Assembly (NCBI GenBank): GCA_020137815.1
Contig: CM035358.1
Coordinates: 4,774,001-4,838,000 of the forward strand
Length of the DNA stretch: 64,000 nt
Direction of reading: 5' to 3'
Source: Hormiphora californensis
Lineage: Eukaryota > Animalia > Ctenophora
Below the pieces are notes generated by a model that saw only the letters and a list, made by a program, of their open reading frames with translations, was not told the DNA's origin and did not search any database. The position numbers and the translations under genes were made by a program. Numbering within the stretch: the stretch's first letter is position 1; the number at the start of each line of letters is the position of its first letter. Of this stretch, positions 42,412 to 55,800 are shown piece by piece.

Positions 42412-45120
42412 TATCTTCTTTGAGGAGGTCAAGGGTAGATCTAACTCTCTCTTTTCCCTACTCCCACACTATCTCTCGCCAATTTATATTCATAGCAATG
42501 CCGCTCAATATTCAGACGAGATCTCTTGATCTTGAGCGCCGTTTTCCATCCCTAATTTAGTACTTCCCTCTCACCGAAAGGAATGATCTCTCGTTGATTT
42601 AATTTATGAAGGAGCAGGGACCAAGCAAGAACGCGACGATGATCTCATTACGCTAAGCACAGACGCAAAGGGTGCATTCCGTCCCCTGGTCACGTGATCC
42701 TTCTCCTGCCCTCTTATTGGTCAAACTCACGTCACGTGACAGAAATGAAGGGATGTGATTGGTTGAGAGTGAGGTTAGAACAATAACAGCAGGAGAGAGA
42801 GGGATCGTGTTAAAATAATTTGTCATATGAATTACCCTTTTCACCAAGCGCAAGCTGTCCCATCATCACTCATCAGGGTGATCTCTCCCTCTCCGGAATT
42901 TATCCTCTCATGATTTACATTAGACAAAGAACCAGAGATATAACGACGGGGAGAATAGAGTTAGAGCCTTTCTAAACGAGACAAAATCTCATATATCTCA
43001 TAAGAATCAGAGATAGATATAAACAAGAAGAGAGAGAGATACTTAGATATATAGACCCTGTTTTTAGACAGGAAATTGAGACACTGATTGAAAGAAGATC
43101 CTTAATTTTGTTTTTAAGGAGAGACACAGAAGAAAAAACCTTTTTGTGGATTAAAAAGGGGAAAACCCAAAAAAAAGGGGGGGGGGGAATTAAAAATTTG
43201 GAGATTGGGGGAAAAACTTTCAAAATAGGGGAAACATTTTTTAGATTGGAAAGTGGTTAATTTTTCTCCCCCAAAAAAGATTATGAACTTTTGTTCTAAA
43301 GCCCTGGAAAAACCCCCCCCTAGCTTTTCGGTCACTTCTCCATTACCCCCTGAGTTTTCTAGAACAGCGCTAAACCCCCTTGCTTCCCCCCATATTACCC
43401 TCTCCCCCTTACTCCCCGCCCCTCCCCACCGCCCTGCTCCTCTCCATCCCCCTTTTAAAAAGGGGCCTTTCTTCCTGTCCCCCTTACCAGCACCCGGGCT
43501 GGGGAATTTAAAAGACCACCTCACAAACCCCCCCCCACCTTCTTTCTCTCCTTCGGTCATAACCACCACCCCCAAATCTACTTTTTTAATTTTTAATGGG
43601 TCAAATTTCTATATTAAAGCCCGAAAAACCCTTTCCCTTACACACAAATATTCACCCCCCACCTATTTTGCCACTTAATCGATTGCTTATCAATCTCTAA
43701 ATCGTAAAAGTCAAAGTTGGTTTTTACCATTTACATCCCTTTTAAATTTTCGACTAACGAATCATTCTTCAAAATATATAATTTCTTCTAAGTATTATAT
43801 TTTTCGGAAGTTTAAAAAGCATTTGACCCATCCCAAAAACAAAAAGATTTAGGATGGATTTTTTACCCGCATCCCTTTGTGCCCCTAACTTTCATTAATG
43901 TGGTATTCCCTGAAAGTGCGGGGTGAAAAAGGGCCGGATAGGTCTTTGATTGGGATTCTTTAAGGTGGGAATCATTTTTAGATTCGAACTGATGGAAACC
44001 TTGATTTGCCCCCATGAAGATAGCCATATAAACTTTCGTTCCTAAATCCCCTCTGCCCCACCATTTCCCTCCCCCCTTTTTCCTTTCTTCCCCTTTCTTC
44101 TCCCCCCAATTTTCCCTGCTAGTCTCTCTCAAGATTCCCTAGCCCCTGCTCCCCATCGCCCCCTTCTCTCTCTCCCTCATATTATGAGTCCTTCCTCATC
44201 CCTCACAACCCGTAACCCCTCAACCCTCTCCCGACCAACTCCTTCTTCACACTTTCATAGTAGGAGGGTGTCCTATGATAAACTCACCATACCGATGTCA
44301 CCATTCCCCAGTGGCGTGTGGTGAGGAATATGTGTTTCACACCTCTTCTCTCTCTCCTCTCTCTCCTCTCCTCCTCCCTCTCCTCTCTCCTCTCTTCTCT
44401 CCCCCCCCCTCTCTCCCTCTCTTCTCTCTCTCTCTCTCTCTCTCTCTCACCACACCACACCAGATGGCTAACTACATTTTTGAAAGTCCCCCCCCCAAAG
44501 GGGAATCAGCTATTTACTATGAGTTATGAAGACACAATGAACACACCCTTACCCTCGTCCCTCACTATCTCACAAACCGTTCTCAACTTACCTTCTCTCC
44601 TCACTTAATTGCCGATGTTACATATTTCTCTTCCTTAATAAAATCAAATAGCAAGCTCTATAAGTAAGGTCATCTACTATCTTACATCCCCTAAATTTTT
44701 CCAGAACTAAAATATAAAACCATCTAATTCTACATTTCTTTACTAATTGACCTCATTTTATCAGATGCATAGAGAGAATTTATAGCAGCTATTTCAGGAC
44801 TGCCCCACCTTTCAATAGTTTAGGCAGGTATTTTACACAGTCATTCACACGTAGTGCCCCACCTACTTTATTCAATTTGAAATCGAGTACATGATGTGAG
44901 AGGGTGGGGGTGGGGGACGGGGGTGAGATAGGCCGAAAGTAGTGTTCCCGAGAGAGGGGCTGTGGGAACATACAGCTTGATTTGCTAATAGGAAACAAGC
45001 ACTAGTTTGTGTCACGCCGAAAAGCCTGTTTATTAGCTTGGTCCAGTCTATCGGTTTGTGTCGAGCTTATTGGTGGGCGTGAGGTGTGATATAGGGGCGG
45101 AAACAGGTGACGCAGACAGT

Positions 45121-45193
<73 letters not shown>

Positions 45194-46033
45194 TATCAAA
45201 ACACACTGCATGTGCAGAGGAAGCCAGGTAGGTGCTCTGCTGCACATACAACTAACTACGTAGACAACCAGACATTGAGCTGACGTCAGAAAAAACCAGA
45301 CAAACCCGTCTCCCACCGGTATCTCAACTTGACATGTTTCAAAAAACAAAAAGCTGCATTTCATTGCCAACCCCCAAGTATGGGTATTTCAGACCACACT
45401 CCTATTCCCGGTACTTTTTGTCGTCATTTGTTTGTTAAGTGTCCTTCCTGGATGACATCATCAACAATTCTACCCCTCCCACTTTTCCACATGATACAGG
45501 AGGATTCCACATCATCATGGATTAATTATTTTCAGTTCTCCTATCCTTTTTCAAAAATATAACCACAAGTAATCCATGTCAGACAGTTACACACACTCGG
45601 AGAGTTGAGGCTACACTCAAACCTTATCCTTCTCCCTCACTACCATCTTTACTAGCGTTTCTCTTTAAATATTAGAAAACGATACACTACTCTTTTGTGA
45701 AATATGTGATTTGTGAATCATACGTGTTTGTAATGATAGCTCATTTTGGGGAAATCGACATCTCATTTGAGGTGTGTTTCATCATTTCACAGCTCAGCTT
45801 CAAACAGGCGTAATGCGTTTCCTGTTTGTCTGTTTTTGTTTGGTGTGCGTGAGAACAAAGCACAGCTAGTGTAAAGACACAGGTCACACAGCGAGAAAAC
45901 GGTGAACAAGATATCTAGAACAACATTATACCTCTCATGGGGGCCAATCATCTCGTGGCTAAATCAACGAGAAAAGAGATATGTAATATATGCATATCTT
46001 AGTGTTTTTCTCTCACACCACAACTTCCCACAG

Positions 46034-46473
46034 ATTGTGAGAGCGGGGGGTGGTATGATGGAGTGACAGACACCAATAAACCATCTGCCAGGGGCCAGCC
46101 AACCCTCTCACTTCTCTCTGATGGTGGAACTGTTGTTATGTTTGGGGGAAGTGGAAAGTTCGATCCAATGGAGCAATGCTGTCAGGTAACTTAAATAATT
46201 AATCTCAAAATCACTAAGTATACTGTATACAACACTCTTGGCTCACATACATTTCCAGGTGAGATAACAGACTTATCAAATACTTCATTACTTGATTGAT
46301 TAGTTATCCAGATTTATCAAAGTTTTCAACACTTTCAGGAGTATGACCCGGCGTTCTACAAGATTGATCTGAGTGGATTACAACCAGTCACCATTCCACC
46401 TCCACCGCCTCCTGAATCTGAGGAAGGACTGGAGAATGGGGGAGAAGAAGCTGCAACGGTGTCAGGATCCTAG
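46034..46473 (+). CDS. Last two exons of a kelch-repeat protein (5' exons not found)
   Basis: 46034-46185: CESGGWYDGVTDTNKPSARGQPTLSLLSDGGTVVMFGGSG (kelch W...PSAR...FGG). 46339-46473: EYDPAFYKIDL...PPPPPPESEE...S stop. Canonical splice sites, phase-compatible. Confidence 0.75.
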
Positions 46474-46851
46474 TTGATGTTGTTATCACCAATCACCATG
46501 ACAACACGGTTTTAGGGTTCGAATTAGATTCAGGAGAGTGAGAGTGGCTCTCCAGTACCCAAGTTGTAATACTTATCAGTAGGACTGTAACAGAAAAATG
46601 TCTTTTTAACAGTTTTTAATTTAATTTTTATTTTCATTTTTATTCCCCTGCTCCGCTGTTTATCAAATGTTTAACACCAAATATTATATTCCACGTTTTC
46701 TGTGTTTGATTTTCTTCTTCTGAGAGTTTCTGGGCGCCGGCCCCGACTTACGATCCGTGATCGACACCTTCTATTATAAAAATCGAATTACTATAATTAA
46801 TTAATTGGTAACTATTTTGTCTAGCAACATGTAAAAAAGCGGATATAAACC

Positions 46852-49800
46852 ATGCACCTGACGCCAAGATCCATCCCGGGACCCCTGTCACCTCAGAACA
46901 TTGGGGCCCTCGCTTGGGGTCCATATGGTACGTTTTTGTCTGTATGTTTGTCTGCTTTTGTGTGTGTGATGTGTGTAACGGTGAACGTATGTAGAAATGA
47001 TAATATTGATTTGTGTCTGCTTCCTTGCAACAAACTATAAAAGTTCCAAGACAGTGCAAACTGCAGTCTATGTGCTTGAACCAGGAACCGACCGAATCAG
47101 GAAATACTGGTCCCTGATTGGCTGATAACCAGTCACGTGACCTAAATAACGAGTTCTGATTGATTGTTTACTTGTTTCGGTCGGTTCCTGGCTTGAACAT
47201 TCCTGAAATATATCCAGTATTCTTGGTATTATTTCCCTCTCCTCCTCCCAGGATTGCTGGCATATGGATCACAAAACTCAGTAGCAGTGGTTCACGTGGA
47301 TACAATGCGGCTATTGCAAGTCCTGACGCGGCACAATTACCCTGTTACATCAGTCAAGTGGTGCTCCCATAACCCCTATCATAATCTCCTGACACCCCTC
47401 TCACTGATCCTGGCGTCATCTGATAAAAGTGGACGGGTCATTGTGTGGGATGTAAGTAGAAAGGGACACTAGCGGCCGGCAATGCAGCTGTGATTACAGT
47501 TGTAATGCGGATGGCACGAAATGCTCTGCCAGCTGCTGGTGCCGTGATGACTACTTTATTAAAACCTTGTGTCAGGCTGATACAAGAGACTGACACAAGG
47601 TTTTTAATAAAGGAGGGCCTCCTTCCCTATCAAGGCGATATCTTTACTTTCTAAACCACGATCTCCAGATCTCCTAACCCTCCTCCCCCTCTCCAGGCGA
47701 CATCAGGGCGAGTTATAAACGAGCTAAATGAGAGCGCTAGGGGAGGTACGGTCACCATGGCATGGTACCCTCACACTTTCCTCTTATTGGTCCTGCTACC
47801 ACCCCATCATATGATCATGTGGAATGCAGCAACCGGGGTACAGATCTGGAGGCAGACATTCGCTGATACCGTATACACATTCAGTTTAGGTAAGGTGAAC
47901 AACAGTCCAATAACAGTTATATTTGTAGAACTTCAGACAATCAGCATCCAATGAATTTCTAAAATGATACGTGTATCATCATGTAACTACCCCCCCCCCA
48001 CTTCAGATCCATTTGAAGACAGCAGGGCAGTGGTGGTCAGTGAGAACTCCTTGCTAATGATCCATGATATTGACACAACCCGGGCCCCATCTTCCATACC
48101 CAAGAAATACACCATGTCGATGGGACGAGGTGGTGGTGGTGTTGTAGTTGGGGAGAATGCCATCACTGGGGAATACCATGCCACTAGCAACAACATGCAG
48201 GTATAGTTGTGACGTCACGCGTAACTATGACGTCACGTGTAGTGGTGACGTCACGTGTAGTTGTGACGTCACATGTAGTTGTGACGTCACGTGTAGTTGT
48301 GACGTCACGTGTAGTTGTGACGTCACGTATAGTTGTGACGTCACGTGTAGTGGTGACGTCACGTGTAGTTGTGACGTCACGTGCGTTTCCATGGTAACCA
48401 CCGACCATGACGTCATAACGTCTTCAAGATCATGACTGGTGTGATGATTGTTTATGTTCAATTCCATCCATGGATGGGATGGTTCAAACTCAAAATCTAG
48501 ATTTACTATGTACAAGGTGGGCCACGGATTGTTGGTAAGGGTTAGCGAGTTGTCCCGTCAAAACGGTGATAGTTGCGAGAATAAAAATCATGGGAGCACT
48601 CTGGATCAATTTCTTGGTAACTTTTTCCATAATTTTTTGTCAAAAATTCGAAAATTCATTTTTCATTCCTTCATTCATTTCTCGTTCATTTATGATGTGA
48701 GCATCCTAATTTTCCATCATGGTGCTATTTTTCTTTGGCTTGAATTTATCTTTCCAACGAACACCATAAAAATGAAATTGAAGCACCAGGTCACGTTGCA
48801 GTTGAGAAAATGCTCATGCATGATTTTGGCTCTTCCTGCGACTTTCAATGAGCTGTATCACGGCTCCCTTTTGTTCAATCTTTTTCAAAATTTGGGTGAA
48901 CATTGGATAAACAAAGATCTTTGCTCACAAGAAAAATCAAGGTCAAAACTCAAAGTTCATTTTTCATTTTTGGTAGTTCATTCCACTCATGCAGGAACTA
49001 ACATCCCTAAAGTCATGAAAAGTTTTGGGTTTTGTTTGGCCTATGCTCTGCAATGCCAGAGAGGTGTAGTAGCGTGTTTCCGGGCTAGTTTTTGGGTGTC
49101 CATGTAATCATGATGATATCTGACACCTTATTTGGGCCATAATTAAGCGATTTTCTCAAGTTGAAGCATGTGACTTGGGTTTTCTGTGATTGATATCGTG
49201 AAACAATGTTATGGGATCCCATAGCACCCCTAAAATGATGATTAATTCAACAAAATGAGTTGATTTGTACTTGTCCTGTGTTTTCTCCTGTTTCCTGTTT
49301 TCTCTGCTGTTCTAATACAGTACATCTCCCAGGGTCTGATAAAGATAGTCCACTCTCCGTACTGCAAGAACAAACTGCTCCTAATCTACCCTCGACAGAT
49401 AACCATCATTGACCTTGAGCTTTACCACGCAACTGGGTTAGTAGATAAAACGTTAACTTTGTCACTAGCTGGAACAGAAATAATTTTTATCATAATCAAC
49501 CAACTACTCCCAGGTATATTCTGCAAGATAGAGGAAGTTCACATTTTGTAGACGTCATCCCTTGTGCTAGCGATAATGTTCTCTACTGTTTACATGACAG
49601 TGGGGCCATCTCAGTACGGCGATGGGTGGGCGACAATAACCCTGACTATCAGGTAACTAATGTGTTACCATGGTAACCACTGAATATCAGGTAACTAATG
49701 TGTTACCATGGTAACCACCTGGGTTCAAATGTTAAAAAGAACTTGAATCAAGTCCCTTGAGTGGGAATATTTATCTGACATATCAGTCTTGTAGTCATAC

Positions 49801-52800
49801 CAACAATCAACATTGTCATGCTATACCAACATTATTGCAGGTTGATAGTTGCTATCAGTGTCTGGTGGTATCTGAAGCTATGAGGCTGTGTAAAAACGCA
49901 AAACTGGTTGGTATGCAGGTAATTTCCCAATACTATCCAACACATAACATGTTCCAACTTTTTTCACATAAAACCACTAAACTCACAGGCCACAGCCCCC
50001 CCCCCCCGCTAAACCCACTTCACACAAAACACTAAACCACTAAACCAACTTCACACTAAAACCACTTCATTCCAGGTAAAGCCCTTTAGTGAGGGGGAGG
50101 TCATGTTCATGCTGACAGATGGTAGAATAGTGGGATGGAGATTGTTTGATGGAGAGGGTCCTGCTTCATTCCTTACCGAGGTACAACAATAATGCCACTT
50201 AGGTTTCCATAGCCCGTTTTTTTCAAGGTTTTACATCAAGTAATGTATTCCGGTGTGAACCCCTTTTTCATCCTAACCCCGGCCCCCTGGTAATCTTTTT
50301 TATAACATCTTATCAGGTGAATTGGAGGGATGAAGTTAGGTTGGTTATGACTCAGAATACAGGCACCAACAGTTCTCCGCCGTTCTGTGCTAAAATGTGC
50401 CCACCCCTCTCCGCTCGAAACAGTCATTTCTACAAACCTCTTCTTGCATTGGGTAGGTATCTTTTAGAATCTAAAAAACTTAATTTATAGCACTGAAGAG
50501 CGGGGCTACTGCGAAACGTCTGCTCCATTATATTGAACTGCGTTTTCTTTTGACTTTTAGAATCTAGATGTGTAATTTTGTAGGCATGTAATTTTCTAGT
50601 AATTACACCCACAGAGTGTAAAAGTAAGACACCCTGGGCTACTGTACAGTGTGATGTTCAGTTGAATTTTCCCAGAGCGGTGTATCTTGCACGTAACCTA
50701 ATTAGCGAGAAAGTAGCACTGGCTGGTCCATACTCTACTGGAAAGTTGCCAGGGGCGTGCTCCTTCATAAAACCAATTACTGCTCCTTCATAAAATATTC
50801 TTTGCAGGTACCAGTTCAGGTAACATCCTGATAATCAACTTGGATACCTCCCAGACTGCTAAGGAGTTCACAATTCACACCTCGGCTGTTCGTGGTATTG
50901 AGTGGGTTGCCAACCGCCGGTTACTGACTTTTAGCAACAACGTTAATGGCTCAGGTATTTCAATTAGATTTAGTTTGGTACCCTCTTCTTCTTCTACTCT
51001 ATTGTACGAACTAGAGGGTGCGATTGAATCATTCAGATGTCATGTTATATCCAGTAACCCACCTCCCGGCCCTGTTTGGTTTGGTGTTTAACCGCCGCCC
51101 TCAGATCTCATGTTATATCCAGTAAGTAGTAACCCTCCTCCCTAAAACAGGTCCAATAAAGAATGAGTTATACTACACAGATATAAACACGGGAAGGTTC
51201 CAGCTGCTTCGTTCCGCACATAAAGATAAGGATGATGCCCCTATAGTTGGTATCAAGGTGTCCTACCTTCACCAGGTACAGTCCGGCCCCGATTTACCGG
51301 GAGGATTAACTTCACCCGAAGTAGGAAATTAACAGTATTCGACCCCGATATACCGGGCACCCTGATATACCGGACAAGACCCTTTCCCCCGACTTTTCCC
51401 CGTGACATAAGTATCCTCGTATTTCATCCCGTAACGTATCTCTCTCCCGTGTTTCAGTATTTCATAGTCCAACTAAAAGACAGACCATTTGAGCTTTGGG
51501 ATTTGAAGAGTTTGAGTATTATAAGAGAGATGCCTACTACATTTCCACCTGTTACAGCCCTGGAGTGGTCTCCTACACAGAACCACTCACTAAAGAATGC
51601 CAAGGTGAGTTGATGAAGTATAGTATTCAGTATCTAATAGAAACAAGGACAATAATTAAGCAGGGTTTCCATTTTCCAGTCACTCGGAGTGTCCCCGAAA
51701 GAACTCTGCCTTTGATAGTTCAGTATTCATTTCATTTTTCAGTTCTATACGAAACGTGGCTCAGCTACTACTACAGAGATATTAGAACAGCAAATTGAGA
51801 GGACAGAGGGCCCTGCGAAGGAGCACTTTGTCTTTACAGACACTGATGGTATTGTGTATCACCTAATGGTTGAAGGTGGGTTGTCTGTTGCCTAATTTGT
51901 TGTATTTGATTTGTTAGACCCTCTCTCTCTCCGCGCCCCTCTTTTACAAATGTTAAGGAGGGTTAGAACATACCAAACTTGTATCCTGTCGTTTCGTAAA
52001 TTTCGTCTGTTTTCTGTTGTCTGTGTTTCGTCTGTCGACTGCCTGGTTTCCTCTTCGACGTGGTATACCGGTCATGTCCTAATCACACACAGTGAGCTTA
52101 TGTGTACTTCCTCTCTTTTTCTCTCTCTCTCTCTCTCAATCTCACATTCTGACGACGATCGAACAAACAACGTCGCACTTCCGCAACAAAGAGTAAAGAC
52201 CTGTGCGATATATATGTGTGATTCATGGTGGATGATCCCCTCCTTTATTTGTTCCTGATAACATCTGATGCCATTCTTTTGTTCCCCAAAAAATATCTCA
52301 AATCCAAATTTGGCGCACCATACCTCTGTCTGTATCTTTGTGCATTTGTCTGAATGTCTGAGTGTGTGTAGTTTCTAAGTTAAACCGCCCCAAATCCAAT
52401 TACACTACTACAGTACTAAGAAAAAATAGAATAGTCTTCCTGCTTAAATTCTTACAGCTTACTTGTAGAAAAACATAACTTTTTGTAAGCAAAACCCAGT
52501 AAGGAATTAACGAGGACCGGTATAAAGAAATTAAACACTAAACTAGTATTTTTCCAAATTTGTCCAACCATGAATCAGTATTGCTCTCAGCTCTAACCTC
52601 TCTCACCGCACCCCGCGACAAATATTGTAGAGGGTTAGAACATAACATAATCCTAACTTTCTAATTCTAATTGAATTTTAGTTGTACTGCCAAATCGTTG
52701 TTTAATTCCTAACTTTTTATCCCAGGAACTGTTATAAAAGAAGGTACTAGGATACCCCCTGATTCTCAGACTGGTACTATGAACACTATAGCGTGGAGGG

Positions 52801-55800
52801 GAGATTTGTTGGTACTGGGTGACTCTACTGGGTACCTTAGCTTTTGGGATCTCAAAGCCAGGTGAGAGGCTATTTTGCTTAGCTCGACCCTTTTTCCATG
52901 CGCTCCGGAGGGTTAGAACATAACAAAGATTGTTAGGGCTCGCTACGTGTCCCTAACTGGTGTTCCAAAGGATTGTTTCGTGTAAACAATATTTGAATTC
53001 GAAGAATCGGAGCTTTATTTAGGGGCTTTGACTCTCCGATTCACAAATATAATAACAATATCATGTGATATGTTATTGTTGCTCCATGTATGGCAATATA
53101 CACGTATCTATATCTAAAATATTCTGCATATATAATGTGTAACACTTTGTTATTGTTATGTATCTAAGCCAAGCATGCGAGTACTTGTATATATCCAGTA
53201 GCCCTAAACCTATCACTTCGTTGCCTAATTATAACGATTATTTCAGATTTTAAACAAATGTATTTTTCAGGCAATCTCGGATAATACCAACAGGTAGAGG
53301 GGGTGTCCGGAAAGCCATCCTCGCACCTGGCAAGAACACACCTTTGCTACTGGTCCTCTACCATGAATATGTGGAGGTTTGGGACACTGCCGATAAGGAG
53401 GTAAGGCGGGTTAATGACTGGGATTCTTTGACCTTTTTGAAGTGGATTTGGAGGGTAAAATCGCGGGGCAGTTTTGTCACAGTTTTGTACGCGCTTATTT
53501 GGAGCGCGCACCACGTCAACTCTTTTAAACTACACAATTTCAGCACTGTTGGCGCGCACGTTTTCACCCCCCCACACACCACACTCACACCTCCATCAAA
53601 TCCGATACACACGTGTTGGCGTGAACATCCACACTTGTGGAGAGTCCGCACTTTGATAAAATCATGCTTCAGGTGCTGTCAGTTATGAGGGTATCTCGAC
53701 CAGGCGAGGTGGTGGATATAGAGTGGGGTGCAAGTGATAGTCCTCTCATTATTACGGATACAGGTACTCTCAATACACACATTGTGGTGCCACGTTTTAT
53801 ACGAGTCGCAATAAGTAGATGACGAAATGAATAGTGGTAAATAGATAATCTGTGATTAGTACTAAAATACTAGGCCGATATTTATTCTTAATATTTGGAC
53901 CACGAACTTTCTTTATTCCACAGGTTCGGTCAGGATAATGGACATCAATTTGAGTACCACGCCCACCCCAATGCACGCTGTCAACCTCTCTCGAGCGTGG
54001 ATGCCTTTTGTGTACGAACAGAAAATAATGATGAACTTTAAAATCGCTCTACAGCACTGGGTAAATTACCAATACTTAATGTTTTAGTAACTAAAATTTA
54101 GTTTGAAGCTTGGTCCAAACCTTCTTTCCAGCCATGACAAAAATCAACTTCTAATCCTACTCTCGGCACTGTTAGGAATGGCCGACACTAACAATATCAC
54201 TAACTACTTTCTATCTGCCAGAACACAGACCCCCTCTGGACGATGGCATGTCCTAAAAACTTCACCCCAGAAACATGGGACTCGCTACTGTCCAGCACAA
54301 AGGACAGACAGGCCCTACCCGACCTTTCCTTCCTTGACCGATGCCTGGTGGTAGCGAGTCAGTTTGGAGATTCCTTTGAGTGGAGATTGTGGCAGGTTTT
54401 AGCTTATTATCTCGACCAGAATACTGCTCTGTCACCCGCATTTGATCTCGTTCAGGATAACCAGAGTTACTTAGAGGTGAGTTTGTTGTTACCATAGTGA
54501 GGTGAGTCTGTTTGCTGTTATGGAAACGGATCTCTAAGTGAAGCAGTATTAATGATATTGTGATAGCAAGAGATGATGAACTCACTCACAGTGTCGAATA
54601 TAGCGCATTGACGAAAGTTACCCAAACCCGATAATTCCAGAAAAAGAAGACTGGAGAGATGATGAAATATTTACGAACTAGAAAGCCCATTGTTAAGTCC
54701 TACAACAGCCCTCCCCCACCCGTCTCTATGCCCCCCCCCTCTCTTACTATTCGTCTCTCCATATCGGGGTAAAGAATACGGAGGTTGGTATAGTGGTAGA
54801 GCGCTGGTGATAAACATCAAGGGAAATCCCGCTGAATAACATGTAGAATCAGGCGATAAAGATTCGTAGAATTGTAGCTGTGTAGAGAATTAACGGGGTA
54901 CGTAGGTAGAAAGGCTTTGGCAATCATGGAGGCCCCAGCAGTAGATCCCAAAACAACACAGGAACACACAACAAACAAACAATAACATGTACGTGCAGTA
55001 TCCCACCTCCAATACCCCTCCCAGGGCACCTCCTTGGCAACCCCCCAACATTTGCACGTGAGGATACTACATCATACTCCTCACCACGCCACGCATTTGC
55101 AAATTATAATAAGGATATTACCCCCTCCCCCCCTCCCGTCTCCGGCAAACAGGACCAATTCCCGACCAAATTCCCCCACAGGACCAGCTGATGGTTCTAA
55201 CAGTCCAGGAGAAATGTAAGAAGACGTACCGACACCGGCAACTCTGTATCCACAAGCACATCTTTATGGGACACACCGACAAACCAGGTACGTTACCATG
55301 GTAACCATGAAGTTAACCGAACAGTTACCATGGTAACCATGATGGTAACCGAACAGTTACCATGGTTACCGATGATAGTTAGTAACTATCTATTAGGTAC
55401 CATGGTTACCATACCAGTTTGTTAATACCACTTTTTCCCATTACAGTTCAGTTATTGTTGGAGGCAGAGCAGGGTTCAGCTAATTTCTATCAGGATAGTC
55501 TGCGGGCGTCCCTTATTTCTAGTGTTTCGGACAGCGAGGTGAGAGAGACACATTGACATAGTATGGGAATCTAACTCCATTTCCTCCCTTCTAAATGAAA
55601 ACCTGTAGTAGCAGATTGGTCTAATTTTAGTTTTTCCTATTTCCCATTTCACAACCCCCTTGCTATTATAGTACAGTGTGGACATTTTCCCATCCATTTC
55701 ACAACCCCCTTGCTATTATAGTACAGTGTGGACGTTGCGAGTAACGGCATGTTCCTAAGTAGGGATCATCCGGACCATAGAGGAACATCCGTCGAACGTG

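Noticed and set aside
48448-49107. 219-aa plus-strand ORF inside WDR11
   Set aside because: AT-rich, no motifs, and flanking WDR11 exons join in frame without it; probably transposon-derived intron sequence.
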